From Octopus sinensis (Eukaryota): a stretch of DNA of 64,000 nt. The notes under the pieces were generated by a model that did not search any database, was not told the DNA's origin, and worked only from the letters and a program-made list of their open reading frames with translations. How positions within the stretch are numbered: position 1 is the stretch's first letter; every line of letters begins with the position of its first letter. Made by a program: the position numbers and the translations under genes. Shown piece after piece: positions 37,620 to 50,595 of the stretch. The DNA is taken from contig NC_043001.1 of NCBI RefSeq assembly GCF_006345805.1, positions 102,672,001 through 102,736,000 of the forward strand. The letters run 5' to 3'.

Positions 37620-37865
37620 ATGGGCAGCTTAATGGTTAGGGCACTCAGCGCTCACAATCATAAGATCGTGATTTTGATTCTCAGCAGTGAATTGTGTCCT
37701 TGAGAAACACACTTTTGTCAGCTCTATTTCACTCAGCTGACAGAAATAAGCTGTACCAGTAATTTGTGGAGAGTTCAGCCACTTGCACATTAATTTCAGA
37801 AGTAGCCTCTTTCTTTGATCGGATTCACTGGAACCTTGGTCATCATGACCGACAGAACGCCAGCC
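37620..37865 (+). mobile_element. SINE family C, older copy
   Basis: GCTTAATGGTTAGGGCACTC...GTGTCCTTGAGAAACAC...CACTCAGCTG. Confidence 0.7.
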
Positions 37866-38644
37866 ATACACAGCCCTTATTTCTTTTCACTCATCTGCTT
37901 TCCATGTAAACTGCCACACTTTTTTGCAACTTGGCTCAGTAGGGTCCCTTTCATTTGATACCCTTTTGGCAGTTATATATGGAACTGATATCACTGTCAC
38001 TATCACTACCACCACCATCATCATCATCATCATCATGGAGAACAGCAGTAAGACGACATCAGTGATAACTGGATCTTTCAATTTGTTAGTGGTATATTCC
38101 AAGTATAAAAGTTCTATGAATACCTTTAGCTTGGCAAATTACAAAGTGATCTTCACTCATGCTGGTGCCACCACCCCTCACATGCCATCATGGAAGCCAG
38201 ACATTAAATGTTGATGATGATGACAACTGTAGCACTTCTTGGTAAATCTCACAATTTACAAACCGTGCTACCAACACAATGAATTTATATAGATGTATAT
38301 GCGCGTTTGCATATATATAAGACCTGTAATTGGAGTTGTAGCTCAAAGGTAAGGCAGAGCTTCTTTTCTGCTAGAATAAGAAAGAAAGAAAAAAAACAAT
38401 GTGAGATGTGTCAAGCAAGCAAAATCAATTAGTTTCAAAAATTGGTCCATTAGTTTCAGTTTCTGTAATCTTTGCTTTACCAACAATAATGACAGAGCAG
38501 ATCTCCATTTTCCAAACAGTGCTTTGGCTGTACCACATTCCATTCTAACTCTTTTCTTAACAGCATTTTCATTTAATCACACCTATCATGCACGGTTATT
38601 GTTATAAATCTGTTTTGTTTTGTTTCTTTTTTTTTTTTGTATCT

Positions 38645-39000
38645 TTCTACTTGTTTCAGCCATGAGACTGTGGCCATGCTGGGGCACTGCCATGAAGAAT
38701 TTTTTAGTCAAATTATTCAACCCTCAGAACTTATTTTCTTTTTTTACTTATTCAATCAGTCTCTTTTACTGAATTACTAAATTATGGGGATGTAAACACA
38801 CCAACACCAGTTGTCAAGTAGTGGTGGAGGACAAACACCGGCAACATACACTCACACACACACAATTTATATGGGCTTCTTTCAGTTTCCATAAACCAAA
38901 TCCACTCACAAAGCTTTGGTCGGTGAGGGGCTAGAGTAAGAGTCACTTGCCCAAGGTGCCTTGCTGTGGGACTGAACCTGGAACCAGGTGGTTGGGAACT
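38645..39000 (-). mobile_element. SINE family B
   Basis: Reverse complement of family B from 3' end to head. Confidence 0.8.
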
Positions 39001-40176
39001 TAAAAGATAAAATCTATACTACTGCTTACTATGTGATACCAAGTGTAGAAAACTAACACACCTCATCATAGATTTTTACTTCCTCTTGATGGTTTAAAAA
39101 AATTCTTGTGATTATAATCGATTATTATGTTTTCATAGACAAAATAAAACAATCCTTCAGAATATTTTTGGAATATTTAACTCATATTTTCTCCACAAAT
39201 AATCATTTTACTATTTCAGGCAAAATATTAACTTTTCTACAATCACATTATACCTCTGTGATCCAATATGGAACATAAACCTAAGGAGTGGGGAACAGTC
39301 CCTCATAAAGAAAAAAACAAACAAAAAAAAACAGTGGAATGTATTTAGCGTTAACACACACACACACACACACACAGTATCCTTATTTCATAAGAACAGA
39401 TACACTAAAACATACTACACAGAATGTATAACACATATATTGAATTAAAGACACTTGCACACAATACTGTGTACATTCATCCTTACATTTACACAAACAT
39501 GCTCACACACACACACACATACACACACACACATGCACAATCAATAGTTTCTTTCAAGAATCAATATTCTAAGAATTATCATATCATTTTAAAGTTTAGC
39601 TTCCGTATGTGTGGGGATGTGTACATTGTCATCCCTAATAAACATGTAAATAAAATGTTTAAGTTTGACAGTTTAATTAAATCTTTTTAAGAATATTTAT
39701 TGCAATATATTAGAGAGAATTTCCCTGTTTTTCTCATCACAGAAAATAAAACAAACAGAAAGGGCTAAGATAAGGAAAATAAGGCATTAGGATACGTGGA
39801 GGAAGAGAAACAAGAGTTAGAAGCTATGGATGAATTTAAAACAAATGTTCTACTCATAAAAAATGCAGACTCAATTTCTATTTTTAAACACACCTGAATA
39901 AATATTTTTTCCTGGAAGAAGAAAATCATTATAAATATGTTATGAACTTTTGACTAGTTTTTAAGTACAGACTAAGTTTAATAGATTGGTTTCGGTCTTG
40001 GCCAGGAAAGGTTTTATTATTATTTTCACTATCAAGGAGAATGTATTACTAGAATCATTGGGAAAACCACTTTCTAGTATTTGCTCCAGTTCTTTGCATT
40101 CTGAGTTCAAATCTTACTGAGATCGATCTCGACTTTCACTCTTTCAGGATTGATAAAATAAAATACCAGTCACATA

Positions 40177-40565
40177 GGCACAGGAGTGGCTGTGTGGTAA
40201 GTAGCTTGCTAACCAACCACATGGTTCCAGGTTCAGTCCCACTGCGTGGCATCTTGGGCAAGTGTCTTCTGCTATAGCCCTGGGCTGACCAATGCCTTGT
40301 GAGTGGATTTGGTAGACGGAAACTGAAAGAAGCCTGTCGTATATATGTATATATATGTATATGTGTGTGTTTGTCCCTCTAGCATTGCTTGACACCCGAT
40401 GCTGGTGTGTTTACGTCCCCGTCACTTAGCGGTTCAGCAAAAGAGACCGATAGAATAAGTACTGGGCTTACAAAGAATAAGTCCCGAGGTCGATTTGCTC
40501 AACTAAAGGCGGTGCTCCAGCATGGCCGCAGTCAAATGACTGAAACAAGTAAAAGAGTAAAAGAG
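40177..40565 (+). mobile_element. SINE family B (tRNA head, CORE-like block), full length, inserted in a family A copy
   Basis: A box TGGCTGTGTGG, B-box-like GGTTCAGTCCC, GGCATCTTGGGCAAGTGTCTTC block and (AAAGAGT)n tail. Confidence 0.9.
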
Positions 40566-40733
40566 AATATTGAGTCCAGTACTGTCAACCAATCTGATTT
40601 CAAATTCCACTGAGGTCAACTTTGCCATTCATCTTTTTGGGGTCAATAACATAAGCACTAGTTAAACATTCTTTCCTCAGAATTGCTGGCTGTGGACCAA
40701 AATTTGAAATCATCAGCATCATTAATTTCATCA

Positions 40734-40772
<39 letters not shown>

Positions 40773-40959
40773 TGGCAAGCAAGTAGAACTGTTAGAACAC
40801 CAGACAAAATGCTTTGTGACATTTTGTTCATCTTTACTTTCACTAAGATCGACTTTGCCTTTCATCCTCTTGCAGACATAAATTAAATACCAGTCAAGCA
40901 TTGGGGTTGATGTAACTGGCTACCCTCTTCCCACAAAATTGCGGGCCTTAAAAAGAAAA

Positions 40960-41195
40960 AAATTATTATTATTATTTTATTGTCTTTGCACAACTTCTAA
41001 CGCTGGGGATGTACCACAGTGTCAGCTGTTCACTACCAGTGAACTAAGGTAACACCCCTTATTTTACAAGCAGCATCCGGAGTATTCAGGTGGTTCCAAG
41101 CGCCACCAACCAACCCTATGAGCAAGACTGCCAATTACTGATCCCCTATGTTTACCACCCCTAACGCATACCAATTCCCTAAGCTTACCACTCTG
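40960..41195 (-). mobile_element. R4/Dong-like 3' end with (TAA)n tail
   Basis: Minus strand reads VALGTT*ILRMLLVK*, then a UTR aligning with 2893-2965, then AATAAAATAATAATAATAAT. Confidence 0.65.
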
Positions 41196-41506
41196 CAACA
41201 CTTGTTTTGCATGTGTATACTTGCAAACATGCATGTGTGTGCATGCACACTAATATGAATGCATACATGCATGCAAATATACATAGGTACATGTGAATGA
41301 ATATGCATGTATGTGTATGCACGTGTGCATGTGTCTGCTAAAGCATGTTTGCATGCAGATGGGCACACACACACACACACATCAAAACACATGCACACAA
41401 AAGCATATGAGTGTGTCTACACACCCACATATAGAAATATATACTTGCACATGCCGCCCCTTCCTACTTCCTTACCCCAACAACAACCTGACTGATTTCT
41501 TAATTG

Positions 41507-41583
41507 CCACATGGTCTATTTCCTGTCCTCCACATGGTCTATTTCCTGTCCTCCACATGGTCTATTTCCTGTTCACCATGTGG
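41507..41583. repeat. 23-bp tandem repeat, about 3 copies
   Basis: CCACATGGTCTATTTCCTGTCCT x2.9, followed by inverted CCATGTGG. Confidence 0.9.
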
Positions 41584-41732
41584 TACTTTCCAACTAAATG
41601 TTACCCAATTCAATTCCAACATCAAACCATATTATTTTTAACCAGGTCAGAATTATTCTTATCCTTTAGTTTATTTTTATTTTTTGTATTTATTTTTGTA
41701 TGAGATATTGTTTTCTATGCAAACTGTCAAAT

Positions 41733-41949
41733 TTAACCAAAACACCCTGTAGGTCGCTTAGACAATTGTGCACAGAATGTGCGAGAGTGAATGGTAGTAT
41801 CAGCTGCCAGTGAATGGTATTGTATGTGGCCAAAAGTAATAGCAAGCATGTAGGGAAGTATGGGGAAAGCAACCAAATCCAGAAATAAACAAGGAGTTGA
41901 TACAAATCCGAGATAGTGCCACTTAAGGAAAACGGCAATGTAATGGTTT
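41733..41949 (-). CDS. candidate (possibly terminal) coding exon
   Basis: Strong acceptor gttgtgcattttcag. Open frame NHYIAVFLKWHYLGFVSTPCLFLDLVAFPILPYMLAITFGHIQYHSLAADTTIHSRTFCAQLSKRPTGCFG*, with AATAAA downstream. A second overlapping frame is also open. Confidence 0.3.
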
Positions 41950-42684
41950 CTGAAAATGCACAACCAACACACAAAATGCTTTGCATGACTGTACAATGCA
42001 CCATACCATGCACACACACACATCAAAATAATAACACCACTTCACTATATACACACTCAGTATACAGGAGAGAAGATATACACTTGCTTCAATGTTTCAA
42101 GGAAATGTGTACAAGAATTTGTATATGAATATGCATTTGTCTCTTTGACTCTATTAGTTGTATTATAGTTGTAATATCCAATATAATGAGATATTTATCA
42201 TTAGATTTTCTACATAAATCAATTTAGACCAGATATTAACATGTTTTGTTTTGTTGTTTGCTTTCTTGTGAGGAAGTATCTTCTCATATATTTGTTAAAA
42301 TATATAACAATAAAAAAAACACATCACTTTGCTTCAGCACATTGTACAGGAACATATGTGTCTAATTCATGTCCATTTCTAAACTGCTCTTTTAAAATCT
42401 GCTTCTAAATGTTTTGTAAAATTAGATTTCAAAACATACACACTCAATATATAGATTAATAGGCATTTATTTAATGTACATTACTATTTGTGAGATAGAA
42501 TAAAATAAAATGACTTTTGAACACAATAAATAAAATATTTACTATATTTTGGATAAAAACAGTATTGCTGATTGTTTCCTGCATTTGCCTGCTTTAAAAA
42601 AGAACATTTTTTGCTCTTTTTTTAACTCATTTTTATTTCTATTTTCCTGCTAGCAAGGGTAAAATGGTATTTTTTTTTCCTCAC

Positions 42685-42893
42685 AGATTTCAGTATTTTC
42701 AGAGAAATTACTGGGGCAAGAAAAATCTTTAACTTATACCAAACTAAAACTACAAATTCTGAGATATATTCATCTTCAACAAGACAGTCAAATGCAGGCA
42801 GAATTGGAAAAGTTAAGGGTCTAAGGGACTGGTGTGCATCTGCATTTACAATCAGCAATTCGAAGAGGATCCATAGATGATCAAAGTATTCAA
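42685..42893 (-). CDS. candidate internal exon (phase 1 to 0), hydrophobic
   Basis: Acceptor tttttcactcctcacatcag and donor gtgagg. 209 nt encoding EYFDHLWILFELLIVNADAHQSLRPLTFPILPAFDCLVEDEYISEFVVLVWYKLKIFLAPVISLKILKS. The same site also reads as a plus-strand acceptor, so the strand is uncertain. Confidence 0.35.
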
Positions 42894-43824
42894 CTGATGT
42901 GAGGAGTGAAAAATCTAACAAATTCTTCAACATGGAATAGAGAAAGATAAAGCTGTCATTGGCCTAGTTATAAGCCCATAGCTAAGCCAACTTTCTTGAC
43001 TTCCCATTGTAATATATGCACCCAAAATTTCAGTTCTCATGGTAATTAAACACACAGTTATGTGCCTTGCCTTTGGCCACAAAAAGCTGTGCTGATGGCC
43101 ACTTTGAACTTGTGAGCATACAGGCACAACAAAACAGACACTACTTTTGCATGACATTACAGATAAAAGTAACTCCAATAAATACAGTTTATATCAAATA
43201 AGTGTACATAAACACTGGTGGTGGTGCCACATAAAGATCATGGGTGCTGGTGTCATGTAAAAAGCACTCAGTCCATTCTGTAAAGTGGTTTGTGTTAGGA
43301 AAGGAATCCAGCAGTAAAATGCATGCCAAAACAGATAATGTTGCTGCCTTGTAAAAATCACCTATGCTGGTGCCACATGAAAAGTACCTGGGCCAATGCC
43401 ATGTAAAAGACACGTAGTACATAATGTAAAGTGGTTGACATTAGGAAGGGCAACCAACCTTAGAAACCATGCCAAAACAGACAATGGAGCCTAGGCAGCT
43501 CCTGTCCAACTCTGGCCAACTCCTGTGAAACCATACAATCCATGCCAGCATGGAAAACAGATGTTAAATGATGGTAATGATGATGAGAAAGTATGCATCA
43601 GACTGTGTGACACTTCTAAATTATGTAGGGTTTTAAGAAGTCATAGGGAATTGAGTCGCTAAAGTCCCTTAGTGAAAGTTTATTAAATAAGGAACTGATG
43701 CTGTTAGAACAACGGCAAGCTCAGAATACAGATGCGAATACAGAAACTCCACCAACTCTACTTAAATTGACTGTAAAGAACATTGCAAAAGGGTTGGCAT
43801 ATGATGCTAATTGTGAAATCATCA

Positions 43825-44270
43825 TCATCATCACCATCGTTTAACGTCCGCTTTCCATGCTGGCATGGGTTGGACAGAATGACTGAGGACTGGTGAACCA
43901 GAGGCTGCACCAGGCTCAATCTGATCTGGCAAAGTTTCTACAGCTGGATGCCCTTCCTAACGCCAACCACTCTGACAGGGTAGTGGGTGCTTTTTACGTC
44001 CCACAGGCACGAGGGTCAGTTAGGCGGTTCTGGCAACAACCACACTCAAAAGGGTGCACTGGCAACAACCATGCTCAAATGTTGTTTTTCATGTGCCACC
44101 AGCATATGTTCAGGTAGAGTGACTCTGGCAATGACCACGCTTGAATGGTGCTTCCACGTGCTACCGGCATGGGGGCCAATCTGTGGACCTGGCAATGATC
44201 ATATTCCGATGTGCTTTTACCAATTCACTGGCATGAGTGCCAATCAGGTGGCACTGTCATCAGCATAACC
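43825..44270 (-). mobile_element. RTE 3' UTR/tail with about 4 decayed repeat units
   Basis: (CAT)n CGTTTAACGTCCGCTTTCCATGCTGGCATGGG followed by repeat units. Confidence 0.85.
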
Positions 44271-45647
44271 TAGAAATTACAAGAAGAGTTTACAATGAGC
44301 CTAATGTAAGTTCTTTGCCCCTCCAGCAGATGTTGATGAACTATAAGACAAAAGATAATGTCCTTTCTCCTTCCAGCAGCTCCCATTCTGTCATCACCAT
44401 CCTTCACACAGCTGTCAACATCTTTTGTGGTAAGGATGTACTCAGTTACAATATTACCATTCTTATTTATTCTGCAATGTGTTTCTCTTTAAAAGTTATG
44501 TAAAAATATTATACTGTGTATGCTTAATAACTTATTTTCATACATAAAAAAGCTTGTTTTTTACTGCCGTTTTATATCGCTTTATACCACAAAAATCAAT
44601 GAGAAATTTAATTTTGCATTACAGCAAGATTTTCAGGGATGTGTTACCTCCAAAGCCCAGGAGATTCCTGTGTGGTAATTTATCCTTTCTATTCATTTAA
44701 TATCATCCTTCTATACTAGCAAGAGTTGGATAGGTTCATATGCATGTCTTAACCCTCTCAGATCTTGTCCATTGTGTCTAACTTCAACCTCCACCTGGGT
44801 TACTGGGGAATACGATGCAACAGGGTGGACAGAGTCTAATCATCTGTTGTCTCTGTCTTTTAAAACAACATCTTAAGAAGTTATTCAGTCAACTCACCAC
44901 TTTTCATCCACCAACAGCATCACTCGTTCATTCACACTTGGTATTTATACCAACACTCATTGCTCCCCCCCACCACCCTCTGCCCTATTTAACTTGCTTG
45001 CTTTTACATTGTCTCACTAGTTAATTGAACACATTCAATGGGATCTACACAGTTGTTTTCCCAAAGCAGTGTCTCTTTCATCAAGCATATTTCCCTATAA
45101 TATAGCACTAGATTTCTTAGGTATACACAATGCAACATTCTATTCAGACAAATAAGAATTTTCCTTTGATCAACAAAAGAAACAATTTCTTCCTAAATTT
45201 CTTCAATTATTTTGCATTCAAGATGCTATAATGGGTGTAAACTCTAGCTATAACTAGTTCCAAACCAAGGCAATATTAATCAGCCTTGTACCAAGACCAT
45301 ATGCACCTGTAATATTTAATGTTAATTTCATTCTTGATGAAAAGGTTCTGGAAAATGTATAACACTTCATTTTATTTGGGAATCCAAAGAGTACAATCTA
45401 TGTGCTTCCATAAATTGAAGATAGAATTTAGTACACCTAATGTGGAGATGTAAGCATTGAAAGTTAATGTTTGGAAAGGAGCAAACATTAAAAATTCCTC
45501 AGTCTAGAAAAGTAGAAGCAAGACCTGGGAAATGAGATGGGTTCAGTAAATGGTAGTTTGGCTTAGAGCTGAAACATGACTTCATAGTAACAAAGGAAAA
45601 TAACAAAAAAAGGAAAAGATTTGCAAGTTGAATCAAACAACAGTTAC

Positions 45648-45725
45648 TTATCACAATGTAGGTACAAGGAAGAACCCATTCACTTCTATAGATTCTATCA
45701 TTTAATACTATTGCAATATATTTAT
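45648..45725 (-). CDS. candidate internal exon (phase 1 to 1)
   Basis: Acceptor tgttctttgtctgtgttag and donor gtaact; 78 nt encoding KYIAIVLNDRIYRSEWVLPCTYIVI. Confidence 0.35.
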
Positions 45726-45909
45726 CTAACACAGACAAAGAACAGCACCAACTATTGAAGTGTGCACTAGATGTTTCTGGGTTGCTGTTTTGTTCTATTT
45801 TTCTTGTCAAAGAAAACATGGCTTATATAAAAAGTAAGTTTAATACAGAAATTTGATGTAAAGTAGATGTTGACAGAAACAAATTCCTGAGACTAGACTG
45901 CCACTGAAC

Positions 45910-46325
45910 AAGTTTTTACACAGATCGCAAATGCAGAAGGTTTTAAGCAGGATGTTTTACACAAAATATAAAAACACGATGTTTTATACTGATTGTAAAA
46001 CATTGTAGACTATTTTACAAAGACTTAAAATGTAGATTTGTTTTATAGAGATTGAGAAAGTAAAAAGGTTTAAAAACAATGTCAATGCAGAGGATTTTAC
46101 TCAAACTGTGATTGCTTCAAAGCAAACTGTAGATGTAAAGTAAACTGTAAACATTTACAATTTGTGGGGGGAAAATTCTACACAAACCGTAAATGTAGGA
46201 AGTTTTAAACAAACTGTCAATGCAGAATTTTTTTACATAGACCAGAAATGGAGACACAAACTATAAACCTGTTTTACTTAAACTGTGAACGTGGGATGTT
46301 TTATGTAGGTTGTAAATGCAGGCAG
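45910..46325. repeat. ancient ~27-28-bp minisatellite
   Basis: About 12 decayed units of approximate consensus GTTTTACACAAACTGTAAATGCAGAA. Confidence 0.6.
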
Positions 46326-46579
46326 ATATGATGTGCGGAACAGAGGGTATCTTTCAAAACTATTTATGATTTAGAATACATAAATATACATTCACTCATT
46401 CATCTAAACGTTCCAACATTACTGTCCTCATCATTACATCAGCACCAGATCTAATGATGTGAACCACAACCTTCAAGATGTCTTAACTTGCAAAAAAAAT
46501 AGCAATAAATCTTTTCTCTCAAATCACACTTTAACACTTTCAATAAGGAAGAAAACAGTGGAACATATACCCTCAGATA

Positions 46580-46920
46580 TCATCATCATCGTTTAACGTC
46601 CGTTCTCCTTGCTTGCATGGGTTGGACGGTTTGACTGAGGACTGGCAAGCCAGGAGGCTGCACCGGGCTCCAATATGATCTGGCAGTGTTTCTACAGCTG
46701 GATGTCCTTCCTAACGCCAACCACTCCGAGAGTGTAGTGGGTGCTTTTTATGTGCCACCAGCACAGGAGCCAGTCAGGCGAGCCCGGCATCAATCACATT
46801 CAGATAGTACTTTTTACATGCCACCAGCATGGGGGTCAGTCAGGGGGTACTAGCATCAGCCACGTCTGGATGGTGCTGTTTACATGCCACCGCCATGGGA
46901 GCCAGTCAAGCGGACCTGGC
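46580..46920 (-). mobile_element. RTE 3' UTR/tail with about 3 repeat units
   Basis: Same tail and repeat as the other copies. Confidence 0.85.
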
Positions 46921-47499
46921 ATGGATATGCTGTCTAAAAATAAGACAGGATATTTATTGTTGGAGGCCTTTTGATTAGAACTGACTCCAGGCAAAACACT
47001 AACAACAATGATAGTCATTGTTATGTACTCCTGAAGGTTGAATATTGAGAGTGATTGGGCTGGTAAGAATAATTAGAAGTGGTAGAGGTACAGTAATTTA
47101 ATAGCAAAGATAGACGGCAAGACAGATGCTGTGAAGGTCGTAGTGTTGAAGCTATAAGTAGCAATGATGTACCAGTAATATATATTGGGATAAAATGGCT
47201 GAGATAAAGTACTAGTGGAAAGCGACAGTAGTAACAAATAGATTTCTCTTCAACACAGAATGAGTGTCCCAATAAATGTATTTTAGAGAACGCACGCACA
47301 CACATAACCAATGGGAGCACCCCTAAATGGCCAATTGCATGGCAAGAAATAGCAGCCAAATTACATTCAAATTACATACTACTATTTTAAAAACGAAGAG
47401 GTACACTATCTGAAAGGATGAATGTAGGAAAGCTTTGATCATAGGTCTTCATGATTAGGGGTAGTTTGTTGCTCGAAGAAAAAAAAACTTATTTCCACC

Positions 47500-47678
47500 T
47501 TATGATGAATATTCATAGAAATGAGAAATGCAAACTAAGAAATGAAGCAAAAATAAGAGAAGAAAATAAACAGTTGGAGAAAAGAGAGAGAGAGAGGAAA
47601 AGAAGTGATAAATAGAATCCTTGGACAGTAGTGGTAGCAGTGGAAAGAGAGCACACAGTTGTGGAGGAAATAAACAAA

Positions 47679-47712
<34 letters not shown>

Positions 47713-48240
47713 ACGTACACATAGTTGTGCATGGCAAATGGTATAGATTTATTAGGCGTGTGGGATAAGAAAAAAAAAATGATTTAGAATTTCTTGAATT
47801 AATAAATAAAATAGAAAATTTCAGATTTTGAAAAGAAATATATTGAGACAAGAAGGCAGGAGAGTAACTCAAAGAGAAAGGAGATATACGAAAAGAGAAA
47901 AGACAGAGAGGAGAAAAGAAGAAGAGATATAAAGAGAAGAAGAAGAAGAAAATGAAAAGAAGAGAATTGAGAGACAAGAAGAAGAAATGAGTGGAAGAGT
48001 GAGAGACAAGAAAAGAGGTGAGAGGAGATGGAGAGAAGAGAAATGGAAAGAAAGGGTATGAGAAAGAGAAAAAGAGGAAGCAAGTGGTATTCTTGAACTT
48101 GTTTTGGTCATTTGACTAAGGGTTGCTAGAGTACCATGTACATAAATAAGTACATACATACATGAGGGAGGGAGGGGGAAAGAGAGAGAGAGAGTAGAAG
48201 AGAAGGCAAGATTAAAAAAACTTTGCTTTATTAAAGACAA
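47500..48240. repeat. long purine-rich (GA/AAG) low-complexity tract with embedded (TG)n
   Basis: The plus strand is almost exclusively A/G from about 47840 to 48080. Confidence 0.85.
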
Positions 48241-48819
48241 TATCTGAGGTGAGGATTTTGCTATAGAACAGCTTATAATAATAACAACAACAACAACAGT
48301 TGCTTAGTAACAGATCATGTGAATGGCAATAAATATAATTTGTTACTGAAACATTTTAATCTTGCTTTTCATTGGTGCTTTTTGTTTGTTTGCCCCCCCC
48401 TCCCCACTATCATTTGGCTGTGTTCTTCACTGGAAACACTATCATTTTCAGTAGCACTATTACACATGACTACTACCTTCTGTACCATGGTGATGATGAT
48501 GATGATGATTGTTATTATCATCATCTTATTCTTCTTCCCCCTCAACATCATCGCTGCTACCACAACTTTGTCTTCCGTCATTTCAAAATTTGCATATTTA
48601 CAAAGATAACTTGTAGAGTTGATTTCTTTATTCCTAAGACATTCAAAGTTGAATAAATTATGCAGATGGCCCAAAAGTTAGTCAGCAGCATTTGGTGTCA
48701 CTAAAATATGGGGAGTGTCACAGTGCCAAAAACAGGTTATGAACCCAGGATAAGGAACTAGTGTTGTGGGAGCTACAATTGTAGCAACAACTCTACGAAC
48801 CCTTCAAATTATAAATACT

Positions 48820-49054
48820 TATTTCTTTATTGCCCACAAGGGGCTAAACATAGAGGGGACAAACAAGGACAGACAAACAGATTAAGTCAATTACATCGAC
48901 CCTAGTGTGTAACTGGTACTTAATTTATCAACCCCAAAAGGATGGAAGGAAAAGTCGACCTCAGCGGAATTTGAACTCAGAACGTAATGGCAGACGAAAT
49001 ACTGCTAAGCATTTCGCCCGGTGTGCTAACGTTTCTGCCAGCTCACCACCTTAC
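48820..49054 (-). mobile_element. SINE family A, full length
   Basis: 16-bp TSD TCAAATTATAAATACT (48804-48819 / 49055-49070). Confidence 0.92.
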
Positions 49055-50362
49055 TCAAATTATAAATACTATCAGAAGCTCTAACTAACCAAAGCTAAAC
49101 TAAAGACATTTTTAAAAGAAACAATGATTCAAATCCTCGTGCAATTTTCAACAGGAATTTTAGATGAAAACTAGCTTAGGTATTTATTTTAAAAGAAAAG
49201 AGTGACGATTAAGAAATGAAAATGATAGGTGTCCCAACAAATAAAGATATGATTTGATATACCAAAGTACAGAGAGAACTTGGCTTTTTAATGTTAACAT
49301 CTTTAATGAGGTAATGACTACAAATGTAGTCTAGTCATCAATGAATGACAACTCACACACACACACATGAAGACACATTATTCTGAAAATAGGAAACTCT
49401 TTTTTAGTTAAATCCAACCAATTACTGATGTTTTCAACCATCCAAACCAATCTAAAACGAAAGTATAAGGAAAATCTAAATCAAATAAAGGTAGTGATTG
49501 GGATCAGCATGCATCTACAAAATGCAGAGAAAAATCAACAAACAACAAACCCAGAAACATCCACATCTAAGCCTGGTGGGTGGTATTAACCTCTCATGTG
49601 CCAAACATGATATAGTATAATATTAGATAATGTGATATTGTTAGTTAAAAGCAAAGAGAGAGAGAAAAAATTCTTCAAAAGCAGTTTTGTTATAATTAAC
49701 AACCAATATAACAGGTTTTCTTCATCAAAGTGAAACAATAGACTAAAATATTCACAAAAGAATGATAGATTAAGAAATAATTAAAAAGATAATTTAAAAA
49801 AACAAAAGTAATAAGAAACCTACTTTTCAATATCCTGTCTGTAAATACACATGCATACATGCGTGCATGCATGCATGTGTGTGTGAGGGAGAGAATGATA
49901 AAAAGTATTGTAACTCCAACAAATTAGTTTAAGTATAAAAATGGTATCTGCCTGAAGCTGTTTTTTGATACTGACATTTTTATCAACTGTGAGAATTTCG
50001 GGGACATTGACACGAAGAAATCACAATGAGTTGCTGAGATAGAGTGGAAGAACAAAATAGTTAACAGTGGTTTGTACAAGTACATGCACACAAAGGACAC
50101 TTGGCTGGAATAAAGGAAGAGGCGGATATACATTGTATATCTACCTCGTGTGTATTATACAACTCCACAAACACATAGGAGGACAGCGGCAAGAAAAGGA
50201 AGCAGGGATTACTTCAGTGGGGTTTTAATGAAGGAATGTTCACTAGATACAGATGTTAGAATTAGATAAGATTGCTTTGAAGAAGTTCCAGGGAATGAGA
50301 AAGAGTATAAGGGTCAGATAGAAGTAAAAATAGGGGGGGGGGGAGAAAGGAAAAACAGTACC

Positions 50363-50595
50363 TATTTCTTTATTACCCACAAAGGGCTAAACATAGAGGG
50401 GACAAACAAGGACAGACACAGGTATTAAGTGGATTACATCATCCCCAGTGCGTAACTGGTACTTAATTTATCAACCCTGAAAGGATGAAAGGCAAAGTCG
50501 ACCTCGGCGGAATTTGAACTCACAACGTAACGGCAGACAAAATACCGCTAAGCATTTTGCCCAGCATGCTATTGTTTCTGCCAGCTCAACGCCTT
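50363..50595 (-). mobile_element. SINE family A, full length
   Basis: Perfect 19-bp TSD AGAAAGGAAAAACAGTACC (50344-50362 / 50596-50614). Confidence 0.93.
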
